Made by a program: the position numbers and the translations under genes. Positions 1 through 9,216 of a stretch of DNA of 27,164 bases are shown here, piece after piece. The DNA lies in the IMG/VR virus record IMGVR_UViG_3300028373_000019, positions 1 through 27,164 of that record. One strand, given 5' to 3'. Position 1 is the stretch's first letter. Each line of letters starts with the position of its first letter. Source of the DNA: a virus. Lineage: Duplodnaviria > Caudoviricetes. The notes under the pieces are model-generated. The model saw nothing but the letters and a program-made list of their open reading frames with translations, did no database searches and was not told where the DNA came from.

Positions 1-1341
1 GTTTTCTTCTATATCAGCAATGTTACTAGTTCTAACTTTAAATAAGTAATCTTTTGTGGCGAAGTATACATGGTCTTCTGGTTCGGCTGTGGCTGGACTA
101 AACACGTTCTTAAACACATCTGTCCCTAGCCCAACGTGTTCTTCTGCACCTAATACGATACCAGTCTGGGCTTCTGTACTCATTTCTAGCTCGTAGAGCA
201 CGTATGGACCATTACTTGAAGTACTAATAGAGCCGTTTAGGTTTACAGTAACCGAAGTAGTGGAAATAAACATTTTATTCCCTCCCGGATATATTCCATA
301 GGGTGCAACGGTTTGTAGATAAATAGACTGGACATTATCGTTAAAAACAGAGCTGCGGTATTGCCAACTTTTACTATAGCTTATTGTGGACAGGTCGTAT
401 GCTGTAGATAAATCGTATTGGTAAAACCTATTTCTATTACCAACAACTGGGTACCCATATGCAATAATTTTAGTTCCGTCAGGGGAAAAAGAAATTGGTT
501 GGTTTCCACCAAAAAAGTTTACTTCTGTACCAAATGAAAATGATACTGAGTCATATGTTGCGGTTGAAATATCAAATGCCGTACTTAGTGTGTACTGGTA
601 TAAAGTCGGTGTGCCGTACTGGTCATCCCCAATATATAGTTTAGTTCCGTCAGTGTTTAACTGCATGTACCAGATTGATGTAGTCTCTGATGGTGTAAAC
701 GACTTTGAATCGTATGATGAGCTTGAAATGTCTATGTTAGAACCAGTGGAGTACTGATATATCACTGTAGCAGATGATACATACCACTTCGTCCCAGCAC
801 TATTCATGCAATATGCCCTAGAATCATCTGTCTGGGCAGAGTGGTTATATAACTCGTCGTATGCAAAGTCGCTTAAGTTATATCCACCATCTGTATCAAT
901 GTACCCGTAGATAAATTCATCCCCTGTTCTACCTAAATGAAATTTAGTATTTCCAAAACCAGCGTTTCTTATCCCCATAAAAACAGTTGAACGCACAGAA
1001 TTTGCAGTTACATCTAAAGACTGGTCGGTAAACGCCATTGTTCGAACATCCCATTCGCTAATGTTAAAGTTAGTCAAAAGCGTGTAAGTACCCGCAACTT
1101 CACGCCATACTTTTCCACTTTCACTCGAAAACCATAACCTTGAGCCGTCTGATACTTTTACTGAAACTTTACACAGCTCATCTACGACTGTACCTGAATC
1201 TTTAGTAAGCCGCTGGTGCGCTTTTAAGACCCCTGGCTTGCTTCGACTGTCTATACCAACACTTTTAGACACAGAACCGCGCTGACCGCTAAATATGCTG
1301 TCTGAGAGTCCTCTGTATCCGCCACTGAATAGGCTTTTCAT
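1..1341 (-). CDS. Virion tail/nozzle protein with beta-propeller repeats (3' end runs off the window)
   Basis: Not in the ORF track. ATG at 1341 lies 1 nt after the stop of 1343..2116. Reads MKSLFSGGYRGLSDSIFSGQRGSV..., with repeats of the type (LNT/FSP)DGTK..Y.Y.LSTA(F/Y)D(I/L)ST. Its position after capsid and adaptor matches P22 gp10 / T7 gp12-like genes. Confidence 0.65.
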   Translation of the reverse strand, partial: MKSLFSGGYRGLSDSIFSGQRGSVSKSVGIDSRSKPGVLKAHQRLTKDSGTVVDELCKVSVKVSDGSRLWFSSESGKVWREVAGTYTLLTNFNISEWDVRTMAFTDQSLDVTANSVRSTVFMGIRNAGFGNTKFHLGRTGDEFIYGYIDTDGGYNLSDFAYDELYNHSAQTDDSRAYCMNSAGTKWYVSSATVIYQYSTGSNIDISSSSYDSKSFTPSETTSIWYMQLNTDGTKLYIGDDQYGTPTLYQYTLSTAFDISTATYDSVSFSFGTEVNFFGGNQPISFSPDGTKIIAYGYPVVGNRNRFYQYDLSTAYDLSTISYSKSWQYRSSVFNDNVQSIYLQTVAPYGIYPGGNKMFISTTSVTVNLNGSISTSSNGPYVLYELEMSTEAQTGIVLGAEEHVGLGTDVFKNVFSPATAEPEDHVYFATKDYLFKVRTSNIADIEEN

Positions 1342-1342
1342 G

Positions 1343-2116
1343 TTAGTAGAGTGGGTAGTTACCTGAATAATCGTTTAGTAAGCCATTGGCTGTGTTGTTA
1401 CGTGCCAAACTGAGTGTGTGCTCGATGTCGTGTCGCTCTTGGTAGGTAACTGCTAGGGCGTTAAGAAGTCCTGACCCCTCAATTCCTCGGCGTGGTTCAA
1501 CTCCAATACGAACCTCTACCTTGCGAGCTTGTTCGTCTGGTCCGTTTATCTCTAGGTAGTCTAATGCGGGCATTAAAGCTGCCAACTCTTCGAAGATAGG
1601 GTCAAAACCTACTACTGCATCCTCGTCTGCAACTCCAGGTGTAAAGGCTACCGGACCCTCTTGGTATTGTACTTCTACGCCGTTAGATGCTGCGTAGTTA
1701 GAGAAGCCAACAATATATAAATTGCCTCCTAGTAGGTAATAGTGTTCTAACATCCCACTAACCATCTCATCATCAGTAACCACGTCACGACTTTTAAACG
1801 TCAGTGTCTTCCACGATGTGCCGTTAGACTCTTTAATTCTTATCCGTGAGATTTTGCGCCACGGGGTAGAGATAGCGATGATGTTTTCGCCGATAGTTAG
1901 ATTGTTTGTAGTATCCAGCAGGTTGCTGGTGGAGTTTGTATCCTGTGACTTCCAGCTCTTGTCATGACGTTGTGCTACCGCAGTCAGTCGATTAACTGCC
2001 ATATTTAGCGACTGAATAAAGTCTGCGTAGGTGAAGTTATTAGAATCAGCTCGCGCCCACCGCAAAGACAGGTGATACAGGCTGTTGTATTGATTTGTAT
2101 CATCTTTTAATTGCAT
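1343..2116 (-). CDS. Putative head-tail adaptor protein
   Basis: 257-aa ORF directly after the major capsid gene. Function inferred from synteny only. Confidence 0.5.
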   Translation of the reverse strand: MQLKDDTNQYNSLYHLSLRWARADSNNFTYADFIQSLNMAVNRLTAVAQRHDKSWKSQDTNSTSNLLDTTNNLTIGENIIAISTPWRKISRIRIKESNGTSWKTLTFKSRDVVTDDEMVSGMLEHYYLLGGNLYIVGFSNYAASNGVEVQYQEGPVAFTPGVADEDAVVGFDPIFEELAALMPALDYLEINGPDEQARKVEVRIGVEPRRGIEGSGLLNALAVTYQERHDIEHTLSLARNNTANGLLNDYSGNYPLY

Positions 2117-2128
2117 GGTGTGTGTGTT

Positions 2129-2176
2129 TTATGGACAAGGGAGAAAAGACAGTATCTGCTCTCCCCCACCCATAAG
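2129..2176 (-). terminator. Stem-loop downstream of the capsid gene (terminator or stabiliser)
   Basis: Nested imperfect inverted repeat ttatgg..gggag / ctccc..ccataa in the capsid-adaptor gap. No clear U tail. Confidence 0.4.
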
Positions 2177-2191
2177 GGTGAGATAACTTGG

Positions 2192-3394
2192 TTAGTAGCC
2201 AGATGCGTCTACAAAAGTAGTCACAGTCATGTACTTACCGTCAGTAAATGTCTTTGCATTGTGCATAGTCACTCCTGATAGTCGGGTGAAGTGAGCCTCG
2301 CCAGTCATTGGCTTTGGTCGACTCATTTCGATACCTTCATCTAGCTGTAGGGCAAGGTCAGTTGCGCCAACGGCTGTGAAGAACATCTTTGTAACTTCTT
2401 CACTCCAGATGTTACCAGCGGCAGTAAAGGTTTCAGCTGTTCCTACGTCACCGAATCCAGTGAAGAGTAGGTTTGCTGAACTTTCTGTTACTCCGATTCG
2501 TCGGTTTCGTCGTAGGTACATCCGTTGAGTGATGTCTGGGTTGCTGTATTGTGTTCCCACAGTTCCAGTTCCAGTGAAGTAAGCAATTGTGTTAGCTCGT
2601 GAAGCCGCTACGTTTGCTCCGATAAGGATTTCGTTTGCTGCTCCAGTTAGAGTAGTTTTGTACGTTGCAGTTACTCCAGCTACAGTCACAGTATCGTTGT
2701 TAGACGGTGCTGTGGCCATTGCTAGGGTTGCGCTCCAAGGTAGGTTGTTACTCTTTACAAGCATTGAGTCCATCAGCTGTCGAGCTGGATAACCTCCTAG
2801 GTACGTTTGGTCTCCTAGTACAGTTGCTCGGTTAGCTGTAGCTTTTTCGATTGCTCGGTACGCTCGTGGTCCCATAAGGATGACACGTTGGATTTCGTCA
2901 ATGTCTGCTACGTCTACTAGACCTAGACCGTCTTCTACAGTGTCGAGGATAGTATTCCCTGAAAAGTCGATTGGTGCTGCGGTTGAACCAAGAGTTTGTA
3001 CACTCTCAATTTTACCTACCCATCGCTTTTCAACTGAGTCTTTCATGGCTTGTCCAAGGTCGTCACCATAACGTGCTACGAGGTCTTGGTCTTTAAGCTG
3101 TGACTTTTCAGTGTCGTCGATGTTGATGTGGATTGATTCCGCATCGGTTGCTCGGTCTACGGTCAACTCTTCGTTAGCTGTCTCAATGTTTTGAGATACT
3201 GATGTAGCGGTGAGCGGGGTATAAGATTGCATCTGAGCGAATCCGATGATTGGCCGGTGATACTTACGTCCACCCTGGACCTTTAGTGCGTCTCCTGGTT
3301 CACGGTTGGCAAGTGCCATAGCCATGTTTTTGACGAAGAATTTACGCTGTGCTCGAGCATAAATTTGCTTCACCATGTTATTGTCGATTGACAT
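2192..3394 (-). CDS. Major capsid protein (P22 coat-like, HK97 fold) with an inserted beta-rich domain
   Basis: 400 aa, follows portal and scaffold. Coat-like segments (GDALKVQGG..YHRP, EELTVD, IDDTEKSQ, RVILMGP, VKSNNLP). Thr/Ala-rich insertion begins at ATLAMATAPSNNDTVTVAG. Confidence 0.8.
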   Translation of the reverse strand: MSIDNNMVKQIYARAQRKFFVKNMAMALANREPGDALKVQGGRKYHRPIIGFAQMQSYTPLTATSVSQNIETANEELTVDRATDAESIHINIDDTEKSQLKDQDLVARYGDDLGQAMKDSVEKRWVGKIESVQTLGSTAAPIDFSGNTILDTVEDGLGLVDVADIDEIQRVILMGPRAYRAIEKATANRATVLGDQTYLGGYPARQLMDSMLVKSNNLPWSATLAMATAPSNNDTVTVAGVTATYKTTLTGAANEILIGANVAASRANTIAYFTGTGTVGTQYSNPDITQRMYLRRNRRIGVTESSANLLFTGFGDVGTAETFTAAGNIWSEEVTKMFFTAVGATDLALQLDEGIEMSRPKPMTGEAHFTRLSGVTMHNAKTFTDGKYMTVTTFVDASGY

Positions 3395-3426
3395 AAAATG
3401 TTTTTACGTTATGGACTTGGTTGTAC

Positions 3427-4056
3427 TTAGTTTTTAGCCCATTCATCGTAGGCTTTTTGCCCCTCTGGGGTAGCCATGTATGCAGCATCAGTAAACTGAT
3501 CTGGCATCTCTCCTGAATTGCCTTTAGAACTTTTAGCACTTCCGCCTCCGTTTTTTGCGGCTTCTGAAATGCGTTTCCCGTCAGTTTCTTTTTCAATCAA
3601 GTACTGAATGTAAGAATCTTTGGTAGCAGCACGAACGGTAGTTTCGTTAAGTTTAGCAACTTTTCTAAGTTCTGCCTTGAGTGTGTCAGAATACTCTGAC
3701 TCTTCAAGATATTCCTCATCGAATTGCGCCTTTACGGTCTGTTCCGTTTGCTTGCGGATAGAATCAGCGTCGAATTCAGTCTTTGACTGCTCTGGCTTCT
3801 TCTGTTCAGGCTTTTGGTTAAACTTTTCTAGCTCTGTTCGGTACTTAATTTTGGCACCGATAGCACTAGATAGTTTCTGGCGGCTTGATTTCTCTCGCTC
3901 TACCAGTTTATTAACCAAGTCTTCGTTATTGTCATTGGCTTCGAGGCCTAATGAGTCAAGGACAGATGAACGAAGGTCTGCGTCCTGAACTTCTGCAAGA
4001 CTCTCCTGCTCAACTTGGAGCTCCTCCGGAGATGGAGTGTTGTTTTGATTTTCCAT
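3427..4056 (-). CDS. Capsid scaffolding protein
   Basis: Charged, helical 209-aa protein before the capsid gene. Start moved to ATG 4056 (MENQNN) because the longer TTG start overlaps a promoter and hairpin. Confidence 0.7.
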   Translation of the reverse strand: MENQNNTPSPEELQVEQESLAEVQDADLRSSVLDSLGLEANDNNEDLVNKLVEREKSSRQKLSSAIGAKIKYRTELEKFNQKPEQKKPEQSKTEFDADSIRKQTEQTVKAQFDEEYLEESEYSDTLKAELRKVAKLNETTVRAATKDSYIQYLIEKETDGKRISEAAKNGGGSAKSSKGNSGEMPDQFTDAAYMATPEGQKAYDEWAKN

Positions 4057-4135
4057 AGGAATACTTATTTTTGTTGGGTGGACAATGTCCTTAATAACCT
4101 CGCTCGAAGATAATTTATATCTTGAACTTACATAT

Positions 4136-4179
4136 AGGATAGCAAAATCCCCCATATTACTGGGGGAAACTGCCGACAA
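4136..4179 (-). promoter_or_regulatory. Putative late promoter (TTGTCGGCAGT box plus TGC-TATCCT) for scaffold/capsid
   Basis: Same box and same spacing to an extended -10 as at 6586-6629. A terminator-like hairpin (TCCCCCA/TGGGGGA, 4148-4167) sits in the spacer. Confidence 0.65.
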
Positions 4180-4182
4180 TTA

Positions 4183-4434
4183 TTACATCCCTAGCTTTCT
4201 GAGTGATTCAGCGCGCATGTTTGCGATTGGCTGGGGGTCATACTGGAATGGCTCGAGGATTTGGTGGATAGTCTGGACAGCCAGCGCCCGTCCTTTGGCT
4301 TCTACTGCAAAATCTTTGTCATCTGCAATGCTAGAGCAACTATCTAACACGTCTATACATTCTGCTAGGTGCTTTTCTAGCGCTTGCCATTCAGGTCGTG
4401 ACTTCAATTCTTTTGCCTCTGCGGGAGTTATCAT
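4183..4434 (-). CDS. Small head-module protein
   Basis: 83 aa, ATGA-coupled to the upstream gene. Resembles the small helical proteins found between portal and scaffold in podoviruses. Confidence 0.6.
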   Translation of the reverse strand: MITPAEAKELKSRPEWQALEKHLAECIDVLDSCSSIADDKDFAVEAKGRALAVQTIHQILEPFQYDPQPIANMRAESLRKLGM

Positions 4435-4676
4435 ACTTGGGCTTTCATTAGCTTTTCAATGTCTTTGTATACACTAACTTTTGCATCCAAAAACGCACAG
4501 TCGATAGCGTATAGGTTTTTAGACAAGTCATCGAACAGTGATTGTATCTCTGCTTGTGTTTCGGTTGATAGCTCTGTGCTTTCCCACAGTTCAAATACTG
4601 CAATCAGTCTATCCACCTCTGCTTTTTTAGCGTCAAACTCTTCTGTTGTTAAAATTGTAGCGTTTATTTTTGTCAT
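4431..4676 (-). CDS. Hypothetical protein
   Basis: 81 aa with ATGA overlaps on both sides. Confidence 0.6.
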   Translation of the reverse strand: MTKINATILTTEEFDAKKAEVDRLIAVFELWESTELSTETQAEIQSLFDDLSKNLYAIDCAFLDAKVSVYKDIEKLMKAQV

Positions 4677-4837
4677 AGACTATGTTTATTTGTTATTTCC
4701 TCAACTCTCTGCACTTCTGCTTTGTGTAACCGCCGTTGCTCTATTCGCTTAGGGTCGGTCATTTCGTTTAGGATGCGTTCAGTTGACGACCTTTCATCCA
4801 TTTCTAAGTAGGCTTGGGTTTGATTGAACTGTTCCAT
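4673..4837 (-). CDS. Hypothetical protein (54 aa)
   Basis: Below the ORF-track cutoff: MEQFNQTQAYLEMDERSSTERILNEMTDPKRIEQRRLHKAEVQRVEEITNKHSL. Fills the gap after the portal exactly, with an ATGA overlap to the next gene. Confidence 0.6.
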   Translation of the reverse strand: MEQFNQTQAYLEMDERSSTERILNEMTDPKRIEQRRLHKAEVQRVEEITNKHSL

Positions 4838-4838
4838 A

Positions 4839-6578
4839 CTATACCATTGCTGTCTGTGATGTTAGTGGAGCCGCTGGTTGAGCCGATGGCTGTGGCGCTT
4901 CTGGTTCCTGGGCTTGCATTACCTCTGGTGGTGTTTGGATGCCTTTTGACTTATAGATATAGTCTAGGAAGAACGCCCGTCTGACTGGGTCAGCTTCTAG
5001 ATTGATAGTTTGCATGATTGTATCAATCTCAGCGGTGTTGTATGCCTCACCTACCACTGTGACATACATTCGCGGTAGCACCTCCTTCCAGATTTCCTTA
5101 CTGTTTTTAAGTACCGGGTCAGTCTGTTGCAACTCCATTACCTTTTCTTCAATCAGTTGCTCTCGCATTTCCTTCGTGTGCGGTCCGATAATGGCAAGGT
5201 TGCTGTTAAACCAGACGTTAGCGGCCAGCTTTCTAAAGTCTTCAAGCATTTGGTCTGAACCAGTGATACGGATAATGTCCTTACCTTTTAAGTCTGACAC
5301 TAAATCTTTTAGTACAAAGTCGCGGTACACGTAGCGATATGGTACTGCCAGTTTCTTACGTAAGAAGTCAAACATCTTGTTGGCGTTACTGTTCATCATC
5401 TGGGTAGTTCCTAGTGGAGTACCTGATGCTGGAGTAATACCCTGTACTACTTCAAATGAGTTAGAGATAGTGTCCATCTCGTTTAGCACGCTGTTACGCA
5501 TGTTTACCGCTTCGGTAGTTTGCGCTGTGATTTGTACCTGTCGAATGTCTGATGACTTCAACAGTGTTCCTCGCTGCAACCCGTGACGGACATTCTGGAA
5601 AGTCTGCAAGTCATTAGACGCTAGGATTGCGGACGTACTCCAAGGAATAGCGCGCATAATCTCGTTGGTAAGCTCATTGTACGCTGTCTGGTGGTCTAGT
5701 AGCAGCTCATACAACCCTTCCCGCATCCACTTGCCTTTGTATGGTCCCCGGTGAGCTTCTTTGAAATGGTCTGACATTGAGCCAGTGAGCTTTTCGCAGA
5801 ACAATACGTATTCTGATTTGTCCTTACCATCAGCTGCGGTCAAACCACAAACAATAACCATCGCTAGAATGTATTTGTTTGGATCGCCTTTCTTTTCTCC
5901 CTTTGCTTCGTAGTATGCCTTCTCGGTAATTTCTCCAGTGCGACGGTATAGCTCATACTGAGGAGCCGTCTTGGTTGACTTAGAGGATGTCTGCGTTGCA
6001 CCGTAGGTAGTGTTCTTACATTTCTCTATCACCTCTTCGACGTTCTCATAAATGTTAGACCGCTTTGATAACTCTGATTGGGTCAGCGTAAACCGTTCGA
6101 TAATATCTGTCTCGTTTACTGAGCGGGCAAGTGTGTTGGTTAGAAACGTCTGCATCATGTCACATTTCTCATACGACCTATCTGTCTTACGCAGAAGAAT
6201 ATTGCCGTCAGCAGAAAAGTCTTCAGTGCTCTCAGACAGTTCCTCGGCTCGACCAGTATCTTCCATGTACTCAGCCAGCGCAGCGTTTGTGATATACACC
6301 GCTGGGAAGTCTTTAGTTGGGTTCTGACTCCAGAACATAAAGAAACGTGAGTCGATTCGCAGGTTCTTGATTTCGTTATTTACTCGTGACTGAATAGCGT
6401 CAAACCAGTACTCAATTTCCCCGTTGGCGTTTACCTTGCCAGTTGGATAACGTCTAGCTTTATAGTTAGCAATACGTTTCTTGAGCTTCCACTCTGAATA
6501 CAGCTCACCGCCTGATGTCTCGACTGATTCAGTGGTGTACTTGTCAATCTCCGCTTTGATTGTAGATAGTAATTCCAT
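4839..6578 (-). CDS. Portal protein
   Basis: 579 aa directly after TerL. Portal-like features: LYELLLDHQTAYN, VVQGITPASGTPLGTTQMM, and a Q/P-rich C-terminus. Confidence 0.8.
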   Translation of the reverse strand: MELLSTIKAEIDKYTTESVETSGGELYSEWKLKKRIANYKARRYPTGKVNANGEIEYWFDAIQSRVNNEIKNLRIDSRFFMFWSQNPTKDFPAVYITNAALAEYMEDTGRAEELSESTEDFSADGNILLRKTDRSYEKCDMMQTFLTNTLARSVNETDIIERFTLTQSELSKRSNIYENVEEVIEKCKNTTYGATQTSSKSTKTAPQYELYRRTGEITEKAYYEAKGEKKGDPNKYILAMVIVCGLTAADGKDKSEYVLFCEKLTGSMSDHFKEAHRGPYKGKWMREGLYELLLDHQTAYNELTNEIMRAIPWSTSAILASNDLQTFQNVRHGLQRGTLLKSSDIRQVQITAQTTEAVNMRNSVLNEMDTISNSFEVVQGITPASGTPLGTTQMMNSNANKMFDFLRKKLAVPYRYVYRDFVLKDLVSDLKGKDIIRITGSDQMLEDFRKLAANVWFNSNLAIIGPHTKEMREQLIEEKVMELQQTDPVLKNSKEIWKEVLPRMYVTVVGEAYNTAEIDTIMQTINLEADPVRRAFFLDYIYKSKGIQTPPEVMQAQEPEAPQPSAQPAAPLTSQTAMV

Positions 6579-6585
6579 TGTGTCT

Positions 6586-6629
6586 ATATTAGCAAATAAT
6601 AAGAAATTGAGGGGTTAGACTGCCGACAA
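6586..6629 (-). promoter_or_regulatory. Putative late promoter (TTGTCGGCAGT box plus TGC-TAATAT) for portal
   Basis: Twin of 4136-4179. The -10 hexamer is 7 nt from the portal ATG. Confidence 0.65.
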
Positions 6630-8153
6630 TTACAACCCTAGTCGCTGACCTATTTGAGCCGCGCGGTTACTGTCTTGCTCTTGTAGCATGGCTTGAGTCC
6701 TGGCACTGGCTGGAGCTTCGGCAAACTGTAGCTGGTACGCTGTAGCATCCGCGCAGTCATCGTTTGAACCCTTGGGAAACGCTAGTAGCTCCTCTTCTAA
6801 GTCAGTACAGTCACCTTCTAGGTGATAAACCATGTGCCCTGCATACCACGGGATAAGCCCTCTGATGCGCGTTTCCTTCATAGTCTGATTGTGTTTGAGT
6901 GGGATTACATTAGGGAACTTACCTCGCTTACGCATTTCCTCTTGTAAGAATGGTTCTACCACGTACGAGAACGCACCCTCCTCGATGCCAATCTTTTCAA
7001 AACCTTCATCATGCAATAAGAATATCAGGTCAATTACTTCTTTGCTGTTAACCCGATAGCGAGTAGAGCGCAGGTTCCACTGGCCTTCGCTGTTGATATA
7101 GTTTCTAGTGACTCCACAATAATCACTTTGGTCGGACTTCTTTAAGTTGGGGTCAATCGTTACAAACCGCCTAGTAGTCATTTTAGATATCTCATCGTAT
7201 GTTCGATACTTAAACCACTCGCGCTTAAACTCACGGCTTGCATCGTCTACAGGATTAGCTTGATAGAGCGCGCTAAACTCATACGGTCCCAGGGTGTTTT
7301 TAATATCCTGTAATTCAGCTAGGTCATATCTGTCTGGCCACAGTGCCTCCCCTTTCTTGCGATACTCTTCATCATTTTCTGCTATCGCTTTGAGCTGTAG
7401 TCGTACCCATTTAGCGTCACCTAGTCCGTTTTTAATGTAGTCAAAGTAATCTACCCACGGTTCCGCTGTCTCTTTACCATCGACCAGACGGCCAATCAGG
7501 TCATCTTCATGCCAGCGAGTGTGTAGTATAAGCATACAACCAGTGGGGGTAAGTCGTGTACGAGCCACTGAGCGCAACCAAGACCACACTGTCTCTCTAG
7601 TTACTTGGCTGTCTGCCTCTTTACGGTCTTTGAAAGGGTCATCAATAATAAAGAAGTCAGCTCCCTTTCCAGTGATTGAGCCACCAACACCAGCTGCATT
7701 GTAAGCTCCCTTAGCGTTTACCCACTCACCCTTTTCATCCTTTTTTTGCGTGTTCCACTTTCCTTTAGCTGATGAGTCTGGTGCTAGTCTAGTATCAAAT
7801 ACATTCTGATACTCTCGGCTTTGAATCAAGTTACGAGTCTCACGGCCGTGGTCTGAGGCTAGGTCTCCTGAATAAGAACCAACAATGACATCGGTGTCTG
7901 GCTTACGTCCCACTACCCACGCTGGGAACCGTTGTGATACGTGTAAACTTTTTCCATGGCGAGGCGGAACTTCTATAATCAACCAGCGAATCTCTTTTTT
8001 CTCTAGCCGCTGGAGTGCGTCACACATTAACTCAGTGTGCCAACTAGACATATAACCCTCATCAACGTACCTGTTAAAGTTTGTAAAGTGCCTACGAGCT
8101 AACTCACGGCGTGCTAATTCCTTTTCCGCGTCTTTTTTAGTGAATTGTGTCAT
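6630..8153 (-). CDS. terL: Terminase large subunit
   Basis: Walker A PPRHGKS, GVGGSITGKGAD, Walker B FIIDDP, TRWHEDDL, nuclease domain TIDP...D and FPKGSNDDCAD. Confidence 0.97.
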   Translation of the reverse strand: MTQFTKKDAEKELARRELARRHFTNFNRYVDEGYMSSWHTELMCDALQRLEKKEIRWLIIEVPPRHGKSLHVSQRFPAWVVGRKPDTDVIVGSYSGDLASDHGRETRNLIQSREYQNVFDTRLAPDSSAKGKWNTQKKDEKGEWVNAKGAYNAAGVGGSITGKGADFFIIDDPFKDRKEADSQVTRETVWSWLRSVARTRLTPTGCMLILHTRWHEDDLIGRLVDGKETAEPWVDYFDYIKNGLGDAKWVRLQLKAIAENDEEYRKKGEALWPDRYDLAELQDIKNTLGPYEFSALYQANPVDDASREFKREWFKYRTYDEISKMTTRRFVTIDPNLKKSDQSDYCGVTRNYINSEGQWNLRSTRYRVNSKEVIDLIFLLHDEGFEKIGIEEGAFSYVVEPFLQEEMRKRGKFPNVIPLKHNQTMKETRIRGLIPWYAGHMVYHLEGDCTDLEEELLAFPKGSNDDCADATAYQLQFAEAPASARTQAMLQEQDSNRAAQIGQRLGL

Positions 8154-8518
8154 GCTTTTCTAAATACTAACTCACGGTATGTCCCCTTAATACGCCGCGT
8201 GTCTTTGTGTTCGTGTATCAGTTCTAACCATCCCCGGTCTTCTATTCGTACAAGGATAGCGCGTTCAGTGATAGAGCCACCAGGCTTTAATATAAATAGT
8301 AGGTCTTTGTGCAGTAGTACGCACTTGTGTATATATCGTACTTGCCTATAAGTAACTGGCTGGGCTACCTGTAGTACCTCGTGAGTTCTGGCTGGTCCCC
8401 ATTGGTCACACATCTGGACTAGAGTTTCTATTACTCGTTTCTTTACCTTGTATCGTCTAGAAAAGTGCTGGAGTAAATCTACATGCTTTATATCGTTGTA
8501 TACTATAAAGTTACTCAT
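8150..8518 (-). CDS. Hypothetical basic protein between terminase genes
   Basis: ATGA overlap with terL. Likely start is ATG 8518 (MSNFIV), overlapping the terS end. Confidence 0.55.
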   Translation of the reverse strand: MSNFIVYNDIKHVDLLQHFSRRYKVKKRVIETLVQMCDQWGPARTHEVLQVAQPVTYRQVRYIHKCVLLHKDLLFILKPGGSITERAILVRIEDRGWLELIHEHKDTRRIKGTYRELVFRKA

Positions 8519-8957
8519 CCGTTTTCTTGTCACCTGCTAGTGCTAGTAGTTCTGCATCAGACATTTCTGAGACTTTGTTTATTTCTATAGCTCCACCGTC
8601 TTTTCCGGTAAACTCTGACCGTTCTGAGTACTTGTCTTTTTTCAATCCCTTCAAAACAAGTTTAGCGGCGTCTAGTTTTAATCTACCTGCTCCACTATCA
8701 ACTCTGCCTTCTTCGTTTACTGTGATGTATCCTAGTGCCTCTGAGAGTGCTTTTTCAGCTCTACTTACTAATTCTTCGTCCTTGACACTATCTGACAGCC
8801 AATCTAGATCCTTACTAAGTATCACCGAAGCATACTCATCTTCATACCCTGCGTGTAGTGCGGAACGGTATGCATTAGAAAATGTCTCGCTTTTGGGGTC
8901 TAGGTAAGCCGCTAAGAATAAAGATTGTCTCGGGTCTGCTTTGTACTGGTTAGCCAT
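8511..8957 (-). CDS. terS: Terminase small subunit
   Basis: PRQSLFLAAYLDP..TFSNAYRSALHAGY N-terminus and EFTGKDGGAIEI...MSDAEL C-terminus, both typical of TerS. ATG at 8957. Confidence 0.85.
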   Translation of the reverse strand: MANQYKADPRQSLFLAAYLDPKSETFSNAYRSALHAGYEDEYASVILSKDLDWLSDSVKDEELVSRAEKALSEALGYITVNEEGRVDSGAGRLKLDAAKLVLKGLKKDKYSERSEFTGKDGGAIEINKVSEMSDAELLALAGDKKTDE

Positions 8958-8980
8958 ATACAACTACTATACCACGTTGT

Positions 8981-9205
8981 TTAACTTACTACTGCAAATA
9001 TCTGCGTGTAGTCGATGTAGTAGAAACCGTTATCTAGTTTGTTGGCTACCCCTATTACTACCTTGTCTTGTAAATCTTTTGACTCCTCTGTTGTGGCTAC
9101 AACTTTGTATCGTGGTTCACCTCCGCCTGTGATAATTCCAGACCCACTAATAGTTTCATTATCTACTTTTGTTGCTATGACGTATTTGTTTATTGCTGTG
9201 TACAT
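8981..9205 (-). CDS. GroES/Cpn10-like co-chaperonin
   Basis: Cpn10 pattern: KYVIATKV, mobile-loop-like ETISGSGII, KVVAT, DKVVI, YYIDYTQIFAVV. Confidence 0.65.
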   Translation of the reverse strand: MYTAINKYVIATKVDNETISGSGIITGGGEPRYKVVATTEESKDLQDKVVIGVANKLDNGFYYIDYTQIFAVVS

Positions 9206-9216
9206 ATTTATATATA

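Noticed and set aside
2589-8907. Plus-strand ORFs opposite the structural genes (e.g. 3620..3988, 5002..5334, 8527..8907)
   Set aside because: Antisense shadows of well-supported genes, with Ser/Leu-rich composition and no motifs.
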